A DNA stretch of 64,000 bases, taken from assembly GCA_964596015.1 (NCBI GenBank), contig CAZQSB010000001.1, forward strand, positions 48,191 through 112,190. The letters run 5' to 3'. How positions within the stretch are numbered: position 1 is the first letter of the stretch; the number at the start of each line of letters is the position of its first letter. Shown piece after piece: positions 34,323 through 41,772 of the stretch. Under the pieces are notes generated by a model. It was not told the DNA's origin. It did no database searches and saw only the letters and a program-made list of their open reading frames with translations. Origin of the DNA: an uncultured bacterium. GTDB taxonomy: Bacteria > Joyebacterota > Joyebacteria > Joyebacterales > Joyebacteraceae. A program made the translations under genes and the position numbers.

Positions 34323-34802
34323 TCACATCCATTCGTTCTCGCGCACGTGCGAACCGAACTCCTCGCGGATGATCTGAGCGACGAGCCGGGGGACGGCTTC
34401 CCTCACGGCCTCGCGTTCCTCCTCGGGACCTCCCCCGCCGGCGACCTCGATGGCGTAGATGGAGATCTCGTTCGGGAGCCAGGAGCCCTTCCCCTCGTCG
34501 ACCATGACCTTCGCCCGATACTCGGTGTCGTGGTCCGAGTCGGCCATGCGCTCGAGCTCGAGACCCGAGAGACCGAGCCTCCGGAGCTCGCTCACGTCGC
34601 CGTCCCCGGTCCGCACGCAGTCGACGACGACGACCTTGTCATAGCCGGCCGCCAGCCCGAAGAGGTCGAAGCCCAGCGCGGTCGTCTCGACGATGTCGAC
34701 CCGCGGATCCCGGAGAACGGAGTGAACGCCGCGGGCGACGGCGAACCCCACGTCGGGGGAACACTCCCTCTCACCTGACAGTCCAACGATGAGTGTCTTC
34801 AT
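34323..34802 (-). CDS. Hydrogenase maturation protease (A31)-like protein, divergent
   Basis: MKTLIVGLSGERECSPDVGFAVA...DIVETTALGFDLF...VVVVDCV...DSDHD. This parallels the HybD/HycI pattern (GxGN..DDGxG, DGGT, D, H) with substitutions. Confidence 0.55.
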   Translation of the reverse strand: MKTLIVGLSGERECSPDVGFAVARGVHSVLRDPRVDIVETTALGFDLFGLAAGYDKVVVVDCVRTGDGDVSELRRLGLSGLELERMADSDHDTEYRAKVMVDEGKGSWLPNEISIYAIEVAGGGGPEEEREAVREAVPRLVAQIIREEFGSHVRENEWM

Positions 34803-34866
34803 TGTCGTGGCTGCCCCCCATCCCATCACCGTCCGGCCGTCGTCCACGTTCACGACCGAAGCCTCG

Positions 34867-36495
34867 CTAGCTCAGGACCTTGATGCGGTGCTCGACCGTC
34901 TCCTCGCGACGGTAGTCCGGGAGGAGTATCGGCGACTTGCGCTTCTTCGGGACTCTCGCGCCCTTGAGCTCCTCGTGGTAGCTCTTGAGGTGCTCGAGCG
35001 AGAGCTTGCCCTGCCGCTTCATTGACGCCGCACGCTCGGCGGCCGCCAGACCGGCCCTCCTGCCGAAGACGACGACATCGAGAAGCGAGTTGCCCATCAG
35101 GCGGTTCGTCCCGTGGACGCCGCCCGCCACCTCGCCGGCGGCGTAGAGATTCTTGACCTTCGTCTCGCCTGTCGCGTCGATCTCGAGACCGCCGTTCTGG
35201 TAGTGCTGTGTCGGGTAGATGAGGATCGGCTCGGTGGCCAGGTCGATACCGAAGCGCTCGTACTGGCGGTACATGGCCGGGAGCCGGTTCTTGACCGTGC
35301 CCTCGCCGTGCTTCTGTTCGATGACGACGGTGTCGAGCCAGACGGCGGGCTGTCCTGATGGCGTCACGACGCCCTTTTCGCGCCCCAGACACTCGCGGAT
35401 GATGGCGGCGGCCTCGACGTCGCGGGTCTCGAGCTCGTAGACGAAGCGGTTGCCCTCAGCGTTCACGATCTGTCCGCCGATGCTCCTGGTCTTCTCGGTG
35501 ACGAGGAGCCCCAGAAGCTGCTCGGGATAGGCTGCACCCGTAGGGTGGTACTGGATGGTGTCGAGGAACGCCAGCGGCGCGCCGGCGCGGTAGCCGAGAA
35601 CCAGCCCGTCGCCCGTGGCGCCGTAGTGGTTCGAGGTCGGGAAGCCCATCACGTGAAGCCGCCCGCCTCCGCCGGTCGCCAGAATGACGGTCTTCGCCCG
35701 GACGATGACGAACTCCTCGGTCTCCATGTTATAGAGAACGGCGCCCGTGACCTTCTTCCCGTCGGTCAGAAGCTCGTAAGCCGCGGCGAACTCCATGAAG
35801 GGAACCTCGCGGTTCTGGATCTCGTCCTTCAGGGTCTTCATGATCTCGCCGCCGGTGTAGTCGCGGCACGCGTGCATCCGCTTCCGCGACGTACCGCCGC
35901 CATGGATCGTGACCATCGTGCCGTCCGGCTCCTTGTCGAACATCACGCCCAGCTCTTCAAGCCACGACAGCACCGGCGGCGCGTCCATCACGAGAGCCTC
36001 GACGAGGTCGGGGTCGTTCTTGTAGTGGCCGCCGCCCATGACATCGAGATAGTGGATGGCCGGCGAGTCGTTCTCCTTGTCGGCCCCCTGGATGCCGCCC
36101 TGGGCCATGACGGTGTTCGAGTCGCCGAGACGGAGCTTCGTGACCAGCAGGACATCGGCGCCCTGCTCCTGCGCGACGAGCGCTGCCGCCGCGCCGGCGC
36201 CTCCGCCTCCGACGACGAGGACGTCGACGTCGTAGTCGACCTCCGAGACGTCGAACTTCGATGGCTCGATGACGCTGTACGCCTCGAAGATCTTAGCGTA
36301 CTCCTTCGGCGTCCTCTGGCCCTTCGAGGGGCCGATCTTGATCTCGGCGAATACCTCGTCGCGGTAGTCCGGGTGATACCCCTCGAGGAGCTTCTGGCGC
36401 TCTTCGGGCGACATCAGAGGGATCTCCTCCGTGAGCCGGTGCTCGCGGGTCGCCTCGAGACGCTTGATCGATTCGCGCATGCTCTCCGGATACAC
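34867..36495 (-). CDS. Fumarate reductase/succinate dehydrogenase flavoprotein-like FAD protein (non-covalent FAD type)
   Basis: VLVVGGGGAGAAAAL, SNTVMAQGG (Asn where the histidyl-FAD His sits), IQYHPTG, TEKTRSIGG and TNRLMGNSLLDVVVFGRRAG. About 75-aa N-terminal extension. Confidence 0.85.
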   Translation of the reverse strand: MYPESMRESIKRLEATREHRLTEEIPLMSPEERQKLLEGYHPDYRDEVFAEIKIGPSKGQRTPKEYAKIFEAYSVIEPSKFDVSEVDYDVDVLVVGGGGAGAAAALVAQEQGADVLLVTKLRLGDSNTVMAQGGIQGADKENDSPAIHYLDVMGGGHYKNDPDLVEALVMDAPPVLSWLEELGVMFDKEPDGTMVTIHGGGTSRKRMHACRDYTGGEIMKTLKDEIQNREVPFMEFAAAYELLTDGKKVTGAVLYNMETEEFVIVRAKTVILATGGGGRLHVMGFPTSNHYGATGDGLVLGYRAGAPLAFLDTIQYHPTGAAYPEQLLGLLVTEKTRSIGGQIVNAEGNRFVYELETRDVEAAAIIRECLGREKGVVTPSGQPAVWLDTVVIEQKHGEGTVKNRLPAMYRQYERFGIDLATEPILIYPTQHYQNGGLEIDATGETKVKNLYAAGEVAGGVHGTNRLMGNSLLDVVVFGRRAGLAAAERAASMKRQGKLSLEHLKSYHEELKGARVPKKRKSPILLPDYRREETVEHRIKVLS

Positions 36496-36512
36496 TTCTC
36501 TTCGCCTCCTCG

Positions 36513-37193
36513 TTACCGGGGCTCCATGTCCCTGTTGTTGTAGAGCTCCTTGAGCTCCTTTGTCTTCGTCTTCTTGAGCTTGTCGATGTCCTTCTTGTAC
36601 TTGCCCTTCTCGAGCTCACCGACGCGCTTCTCGAGATGCTTCGACTTCTCGGCGACGTGACGCGAGTAGAGGCGACGCGCGAGAAGGCCGACGTTGTACT
36701 GGACGATCTCGGCCGGGCAGCGCGACGCGCACAGCCCGCACAGGATGCAGTCGAAGGAGAGGTCGGCCGTCTTGGCGATGTCCCCCCTGAGCGCGGTCTG
36801 GATGTACTCCATCACCTCGATGTCCTGGGGGCAGGCCTTCGTGCAGGCGTTGCATGCCAGACAGCGATAGACCTCGGGATAGAGCTTGAGGACGGTCTCG
36901 GCGTTGGCCTCGAGGTCCTCGATGTCGTACGTGGCCTTGTTGCCGGGGTAGAACGGCAGCTCCGTGAGGTACATCCCGTCCTGGACGACCTCCTGGCACG
37001 CGAGCCCCACCTTCAGGCGGTAGTCGTCCTTCGTGCGGTACACGGTCCCGCAGGCTCCGCAGAAGGCGCCCCTGCATCCGCACCCGCGCACCAGCCTGTA
37101 CCCGGCGTACTCCATGGCCTTCATGATGGTGAGGTTCGCGGGAACCTCGTACTGCTTGCCCATCACGTAGATGGTGACCATCTCCTCTGCCAT
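36513..37193 (-). CDS. FrdB/SdhB-like iron-sulfur protein (2Fe-2S plus two 4Fe-4S motifs)
   Basis: GCGCRGAFCGACG...LAC, CLACNACTKACP and CILCGLCASRCP. RBS GGAGG precedes the ATG at 37193. Confidence 0.85.
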   Translation of the reverse strand: MAEEMVTIYVMGKQYEVPANLTIMKAMEYAGYRLVRGCGCRGAFCGACGTVYRTKDDYRLKVGLACQEVVQDGMYLTELPFYPGNKATYDIEDLEANAETVLKLYPEVYRCLACNACTKACPQDIEVMEYIQTALRGDIAKTADLSFDCILCGLCASRCPAEIVQYNVGLLARRLYSRHVAEKSKHLEKRVGELEKGKYKKDIDKLKKTKTKELKELYNNRDMEPR

Positions 37194-37247
37194 CGTGTCG
37201 GTCCTCCCTCGCGTCGGGCCGCACTCGGGATGCGGCACGCGGCGGTT

Positions 37248-37820
37248 CTATCGCTTCGCCTTGGCGCTCTTCTTCCCGGTGGTCTTCTTCCCGGACGCCC
37301 TCTTCGCGCCCGGCTTCTTTCTCGGTCTCTTCTTCTCGCTGCTCTTCGCGCTCTTCTTCGCGTCCGTCGCCGTTTTCGGCTTCCTCTCGACGTCCTCTCT
37401 GTCGCGTGGAAGCGTGCCCTCATCGAGCGTGAGCGGGCCGAGTTCCTTCACGTCCTTCACGAAGTCGTTCATCACGCGGACGAGTTTGTCGCCCTCGGCG
37501 GCGGAGATCCACTCGAGCCTCAGCCGGTCGGGCTCGATGCCGAAGTCCTCGAGCATCCTCTTCAGGAGCGAGATCCTCCGCATCGTCTTGTAGTTGCCGT
37601 CCTGGTAGTGGCAGTCGCCGGGATGGCACCCGCCGATGAGGACGGCGTCCGCTCCCTCGCGGAACGCCCACAGAATGTGCTGGGGATCGACCCTGCCGCT
37701 GCAGTTGACCCGCACCACAACGCCGTTCGGCGGATACTGCTTCCTCGACGTCCCGGCGAGGTCTGCTCCGGCGTACGTACACCACTTGCAGAAGAAGCAG
37801 ACGATTCTCGGTTCGAACAT
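37248..37820 (-). CDS. mvhD: MvhD/FlpD-like (methyl-viologen-reducing hydrogenase delta subunit family) protein with Lys-rich tail
   Basis: IVCFFCKWCTYAGADLAG...VRVNCSGRVDPQHILWAF..GADAVLIGGCHPGDCHY. The C-terminal ~50 aa read KPKTATDAKKSAKSSEKKRPRKKPGAKRASGKKTTGKKSAKAKR. RBS GGAGG. Confidence 0.85.
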   Translation of the reverse strand: MFEPRIVCFFCKWCTYAGADLAGTSRKQYPPNGVVVRVNCSGRVDPQHILWAFREGADAVLIGGCHPGDCHYQDGNYKTMRRISLLKRMLEDFGIEPDRLRLEWISAAEGDKLVRVMNDFVKDVKELGPLTLDEGTLPRDREDVERKPKTATDAKKSAKSSEKKRPRKKPGAKRASGKKTTGKKSAKAKR

Positions 37821-37822
37821 CT

Positions 37823-39781
37823 CTATTCCTCCAGGGCCGCCGTGACCATCTTGTAGATCTGGTCGTCCGTGAGGTTCCTCTGTGTCGCCGATCCTGACGG
37901 ACACGCCGCGATGCAGGCGCCGCATCCCTCGCAGATCGCTTCCTGGATCCTCGCGACCTTCTTCTCGTCATCGAACTCGGCGGCGTCGTAGGGACAGACC
38001 GACACGCAGACGCGGCATCCCGCGCAGGTGTCCTCGTCGATCACAGCGATGATGGGCTCTCTGTGGTACTCCTCCTCGGCGAAGAGAGCGGCGACCTTGC
38101 TCGCCGCGCCCGACGCCTGGGCGACGGCTTCCGGGATGTCCTTCGGCCCCTGCGCCGCGCCTGCGAGGTAGAAGCCCGGCGCCAGGCTCTCGACCGGGCG
38201 GAGCTTCGGATGGGCCTCGGAGAGGAAGCCCCACTCGTCCGTGTGGATCTTGAGCTTGTTCGCGAGCTCGCGGGCGGCGCCGCTGGGGACCATGCCGAGG
38301 CCGAGCACGACCATGTCGGCCGCTATCTCGACCTTCTTCCCCGTCAGGGTGTCGACGCCCCATACGTAGACCTTGCCGTCCTCTTCGAAGATCTTCGAGA
38401 CCTTGCCGCGGATGTAGAGGACGTCGTCCTCCTCGGAGGCGCGCTGGTAAAACTCCTCGTATCCCTTCCCCGCGGTCCGGACGTCCATATAGAAGAGATA
38501 CGCCTGCCCCTCATGCACTTTGTGCTTGTAGAGCATCGCGTGCTTCGTGAGGTACATGCAGCAGACCTTCGAGCAGTACGGAAGGTGCATCTCCGGGTCG
38601 CGCGAGCCGACGCACGTCAGGAAGACGACCTCGTTCGGCACCTGGCCGTCGGACGGCCTTCTCACCTCCCCGCCCGTGGGTCCCGAGGCGGAGAGCAGCC
38701 GCTCGAACTGCAGGCTGTCGACGACGTCCGGGATCGAGCCTCCGCCGTACTCGCCGATGTTGGTGATGGGATAGAGGTCGTAGCCGGTCGCTACGACGAT
38801 GGCGCCGACCTCCTCCTCAACGAACTCGTCCTTCAACTCGTAGTCGACGGCGTCGACCGGGCAGATCTTCTCGCAGATGCCGCACTTGCCCTTCTGGAAG
38901 TAGAGGCAGTGCTCGGCGTCGAGGACAGGCTTGTTGGGAACCGCCTGCGGGAACGGCGTGTAGATGGCCTTGCGGTCGGCGAGGCCCTCCTCGAACTCGG
39001 ACGGCGTCTTCGAGGGGCACTTCTCCGAGCAGAGCCCGCAGCCCGTGCAGACGTCGCGGTTCACGTAGGCCGTCTTCTTCCTGATCCTGACCTTGAAGTT
39101 GCCGACGTAGCCCCCGACATCGTCGACCTCGCTGTAGGTCATGAGCTTGATCCTGGGGTGCTGCGAGACCTCGACCATCTTCGGCGTGAGAATGCACTGC
39201 GAGCAGTCGAGGGTCGGGAACGTCTCTGAGAGCTGGGCCATGTGCCCGCCGATCGACGGGCTCTTCTCCACGAGGATGACCTCGTAGCCGGCGTTCGCGA
39301 TGTCGAGCGCAGCCTGGATGCCGGCCACTCCCCCGCCGACGACGAGCGCGCGGTGCGTCATCGGGACCGAGATGGGCTCGAGCGCCTCGTCGAGCTTCGC
39401 CTTCTCGACCATAGAGCGGATAATGCGGATGGCCTTCGCGGTCGCGGCGTCTTTGTCCTTCTGATGCACCCAGCTGCACTGCTCACGGATGTTCGCTATC
39501 TCGACGCGGTAGGGGTTGAGGCTTGATGCGGTCGCGGCCTTCCTGAAGGTCGCCTCATGGAGCGTCGGCGAGCAGGCCGCGACGATCACGCCCGTGAGAT
39601 CGTGTTCCCTGATCGCTTCCTTGACCAGGTTCTGGCCCGGGTCGGAGCACATGTACGTGTAGTCGGTCGAGTACACGACCCCGGGGTACCGGGACAGCTC
39701 CTCCGCAACCCGCTTCGTGTCGACCACGCCGGCGATGTTCGAGCCGCAGTGGCAGACGAAGACCCCGATGCGAGAATCCAT
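37823..39781 (-). CDS. hdrA: Heterodisulfide reductase subunit A-like flavoprotein
   Basis: IGVFVCHCGSNIAG, ALVVGGGVAGIQAALDIANAGYEVILVEK, TLDCSQCILTPKM and FLTCVGSRD, plus four ferredoxin-type CxxCxxCxxxCP motifs. The track ORF start at 40678 is an artefact. TGATG junction with hdrB. Confidence 0.92.
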   Translation of the reverse strand: MDSRIGVFVCHCGSNIAGVVDTKRVAEELSRYPGVVYSTDYTYMCSDPGQNLVKEAIREHDLTGVIVAACSPTLHEATFRKAATASSLNPYRVEIANIREQCSWVHQKDKDAATAKAIRIIRSMVEKAKLDEALEPISVPMTHRALVVGGGVAGIQAALDIANAGYEVILVEKSPSIGGHMAQLSETFPTLDCSQCILTPKMVEVSQHPRIKLMTYSEVDDVGGYVGNFKVRIRKKTAYVNRDVCTGCGLCSEKCPSKTPSEFEEGLADRKAIYTPFPQAVPNKPVLDAEHCLYFQKGKCGICEKICPVDAVDYELKDEFVEEEVGAIVVATGYDLYPITNIGEYGGGSIPDVVDSLQFERLLSASGPTGGEVRRPSDGQVPNEVVFLTCVGSRDPEMHLPYCSKVCCMYLTKHAMLYKHKVHEGQAYLFYMDVRTAGKGYEEFYQRASEEDDVLYIRGKVSKIFEEDGKVYVWGVDTLTGKKVEIAADMVVLGLGMVPSGAARELANKLKIHTDEWGFLSEAHPKLRPVESLAPGFYLAGAAQGPKDIPEAVAQASGAASKVAALFAEEEYHREPIIAVIDEDTCAGCRVCVSVCPYDAAEFDDEKKVARIQEAICEGCGACIAACPSGSATQRNLTDDQIYKMVTAALEE

Positions 39782-40701
39782 CACCCCTCCCTGGCGGCGC
39801 ACCTCGCGGCCAGCACGGGCCGCGGGTCGACGTAGTTGTCCGTGAAGTCGAGGTACTTCTCGTCGATGCCGAGCGCCACGCCCAGAAGCTGCGTGAAGTA
39901 GATCACGGGGATCTTCTCGAACCCCCTGACGCGTTCGGCAAGCTCTTCCTGCTTTCTGTCGAGGTTGTACTGACACAGAGGACACGTCGTCACGATGACG
40001 TCGGCGTCGCGCTTCAAGGCCGAGCCGACGACGGTCCTCGAGCACGAGACGGCGATCTCCTCGTCGTTGACGACCTGAAACCCGCCGCAGCACTCGCTCT
40101 TCATGGGAAAGTCGACGACCTCGCATCCCATGGCCTCGAGGAGCCCCTCGAAGATGGTCGGCTGCTCGGGGTCGTCGAACTCCAGCTCCTTCGCCGGACG
40201 AAGGAGCATGCACCCGTAGTAGGGCGCCACCCTGAGATCGCCGAGGTGCTCCTTCACGCGCCTGGCGACCTCGTCGTAGCCGACGACGTCCCGCAGGAAC
40301 TCGATGTAGTGCAGCACGTCGACCTGCCCGACGTAGTCCTCGCCCGTGAAGCTCTCGATCGACTCGCGTCGCTCGGTGTCGGCCCTGAGGAAGAGGTTCG
40401 CCTTCTCGCGCTTCTCCTCGTCCTCCTTCATGACCCTGTTGGCGCGCTTGAGGACGTGGTAGCAGAACGAGCAGAGCGTCACGACCTTGTCGCCCATCCT
40501 CGAGGCGTACGAGAGGTTCCTGACCGGCGCCAGGATCTCCATGACGCTGTCGGTCACGAGCGGGAAGACCGCGCCGCAGCACGTCCAGATCGGCATCTCG
40601 TCGAGTTCGAAGCCGAGGGCCTTCGCGCTCTCCTTCGCCGACATATCGAAGTCCCGGGCCCTCTCGTGCAGCGTGCATCCCGGGTAGTAAGGGATCTTCA
40701 T
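39781..40701 (-). CDS. hdrB: Heterodisulfide reductase subunit B-like (two CCG domains)
   Basis: MKIPYYPGCTL, IWTCCGAV, YYGCML, SECCGGF and TTCPLCQYNL. RBS GGAGG. Confidence 0.9.
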   Translation of the reverse strand: MKIPYYPGCTLHERARDFDMSAKESAKALGFELDEMPIWTCCGAVFPLVTDSVMEILAPVRNLSYASRMGDKVVTLCSFCYHVLKRANRVMKEDEEKREKANLFLRADTERRESIESFTGEDYVGQVDVLHYIEFLRDVVGYDEVARRVKEHLGDLRVAPYYGCMLLRPAKELEFDDPEQPTIFEGLLEAMGCEVVDFPMKSECCGGFQVVNDEEIAVSCSRTVVGSALKRDADVIVTTCPLCQYNLDRKQEELAERVRGFEKIPVIYFTQLLGVALGIDEKYLDFTDNYVDPRPVLAARCAAREG

Positions 40702-40720
40702 TCCTGCCTCCGGTCCTTCC

Positions 40721-41137
40721 TCAGCCGTTGAGCTTCCTGAGCGCACCGACGACGCCCATCTGCGGAGCGTCCGTCACCATCACCGCCGTCACCTCGTCGG
40801 CGTCCACCACCGGCCTGGAGAGGCGCTGTCTCAGGACGAGCGCGCGAAGCGCGTCGCAGATGCTCGAGAATTCGACGCCCCTGGGACAGCGCGACGCGCA
40901 CTGGAGGCACGAGGCGCAGATCCAGATCGTCTTCGACTCGAGAACGGGCTGGATCTGTCCGAGCTGGAGCAGATGGATCACCTCGCTGGGGATGATGTCC
41001 ATCTCCTCGACGACGGGGCATCCGGCGGAGCATCTGCCGCACTGATAGCACGCGCCGAGGTTCTGGCCCGACAGGTCGACGATCCTCCGGATGACCTCAT
41101 CCTTGATGGCCGCTCCGGTCAGTGTAATCCTCATCAT
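40721..41137 (-). CDS. hdrC: Heterodisulfide reductase subunit C-like (2x 4Fe-4S)
   Basis: CYQCGRCSAGCP and CASCLQCASRCP. Start uncertain: ATGATG at 41137/41134 lies very close to GGAGG, and an alternative ATG lies at 41185. Confidence 0.85.
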   Translation of the reverse strand: MMRITLTGAAIKDEVIRRIVDLSGQNLGACYQCGRCSAGCPVVEEMDIIPSEVIHLLQLGQIQPVLESKTIWICASCLQCASRCPRGVEFSSICDALRALVLRQRLSRPVVDADEVTAVMVTDAPQMGVVGALRKLNG

Positions 41138-41214
41138 TCCTCCGGAACTCCACTCCTCCGACCCGGGAAGCCGCGTGACCGGCATCCCCCGGCGGCCGGG
41201 GCGGATATGAACAG

Positions 41215-41236
41215 GGGTAGGTGAACCCACCTACCC
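41215..41236. repeat. Perfect 9-bp inverted repeat GGGTAGGTG-aacc-CACCTACCC
   Basis: Read directly from the sequence. It lies about 80 nt upstream of hdrC in a 630-nt non-coding region. Confidence 0.9.
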
Positions 41237-41691
41237 GCTACGCGAACCGGTCAACGAGCGCGCCGTCGGAACATCGTTCGTTCTTGAGAAGGCCTGCTGT
41301 GGGCTTCCCCCCGCGCCCGCACGGCACCGATCGACCCCGCCTCTTCCCTGAAAACCGACCCAGCCGTGAATCTCGACTGGCTCGCCATTCATCTACTCGA
41401 CAAAGGGTCACCGCAGTGCCCGCTGTGCGGCGCCGCGGTGACCAGACTCGCAAGAGGGTACTAGAGAAAGACCCCGGGTGTCAACCTGGAAACGCCCCGC
41501 GCTTGGCCATCTCTCGGGTCCCGCGGCGGTTCCCGGCACGGCGTTCCTGCAGCGCGGTTCCGGTGACGGAGCGTGGTCCGGCTGAACCACCCGTCAGTTT
41601 CGGACGGGGCACCGTCTTCGGAGCGCGGCCGGTCGAAGAGCCGGAGGGCGTCGCCGCGCAGGGGGTCCCGGGCGGCCCGGGGACGGTCCGG

Positions 41692-41721
41692 TTGACACGT
41701 CCGGCGCGGCGCGCGTAGAGT
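41692..41721 (+). promoter_or_regulatory. Sigma70-type promoter for fba
   Basis: TTGACA, 18-nt spacer, TAGAGT. AAGGAG RBS 7 nt before the ATG at 41773. Confidence 0.45.
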
Positions 41722-41772
41722 GACGATGTCCCGGCACCACAACATAATGACCGACTGCGAAGGAGCAACATC

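Noticed and set aside
37823-39781. Possible selenocysteine (in-frame TGA) in HdrA or MvhD, as in some Hdr/Mvh systems
   Set aside because: Both reading frames are continuous with Cys at the expected motif positions. There is no in-frame TGA.
41464-41480. GAGAAAGACCCCGGG, resembling the RNase P RNA P4 string GAGGAAAGUCCGGGC
   Set aside because: The match is inexact. None of the other universally conserved RNase P blocks are present in the 630-nt region on either strand.
41221-41718. 165-aa plus-strand ORF filling the long hdr-fba intergenic region (plus minus-strand ORFs 41238-41453 and 41408-41590)
   Set aside because: The translation is extremely Arg/Pro/Ser-rich, there is no RBS, there are no motifs, and it overlaps the predicted fba promoter. 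Judged non-coding.
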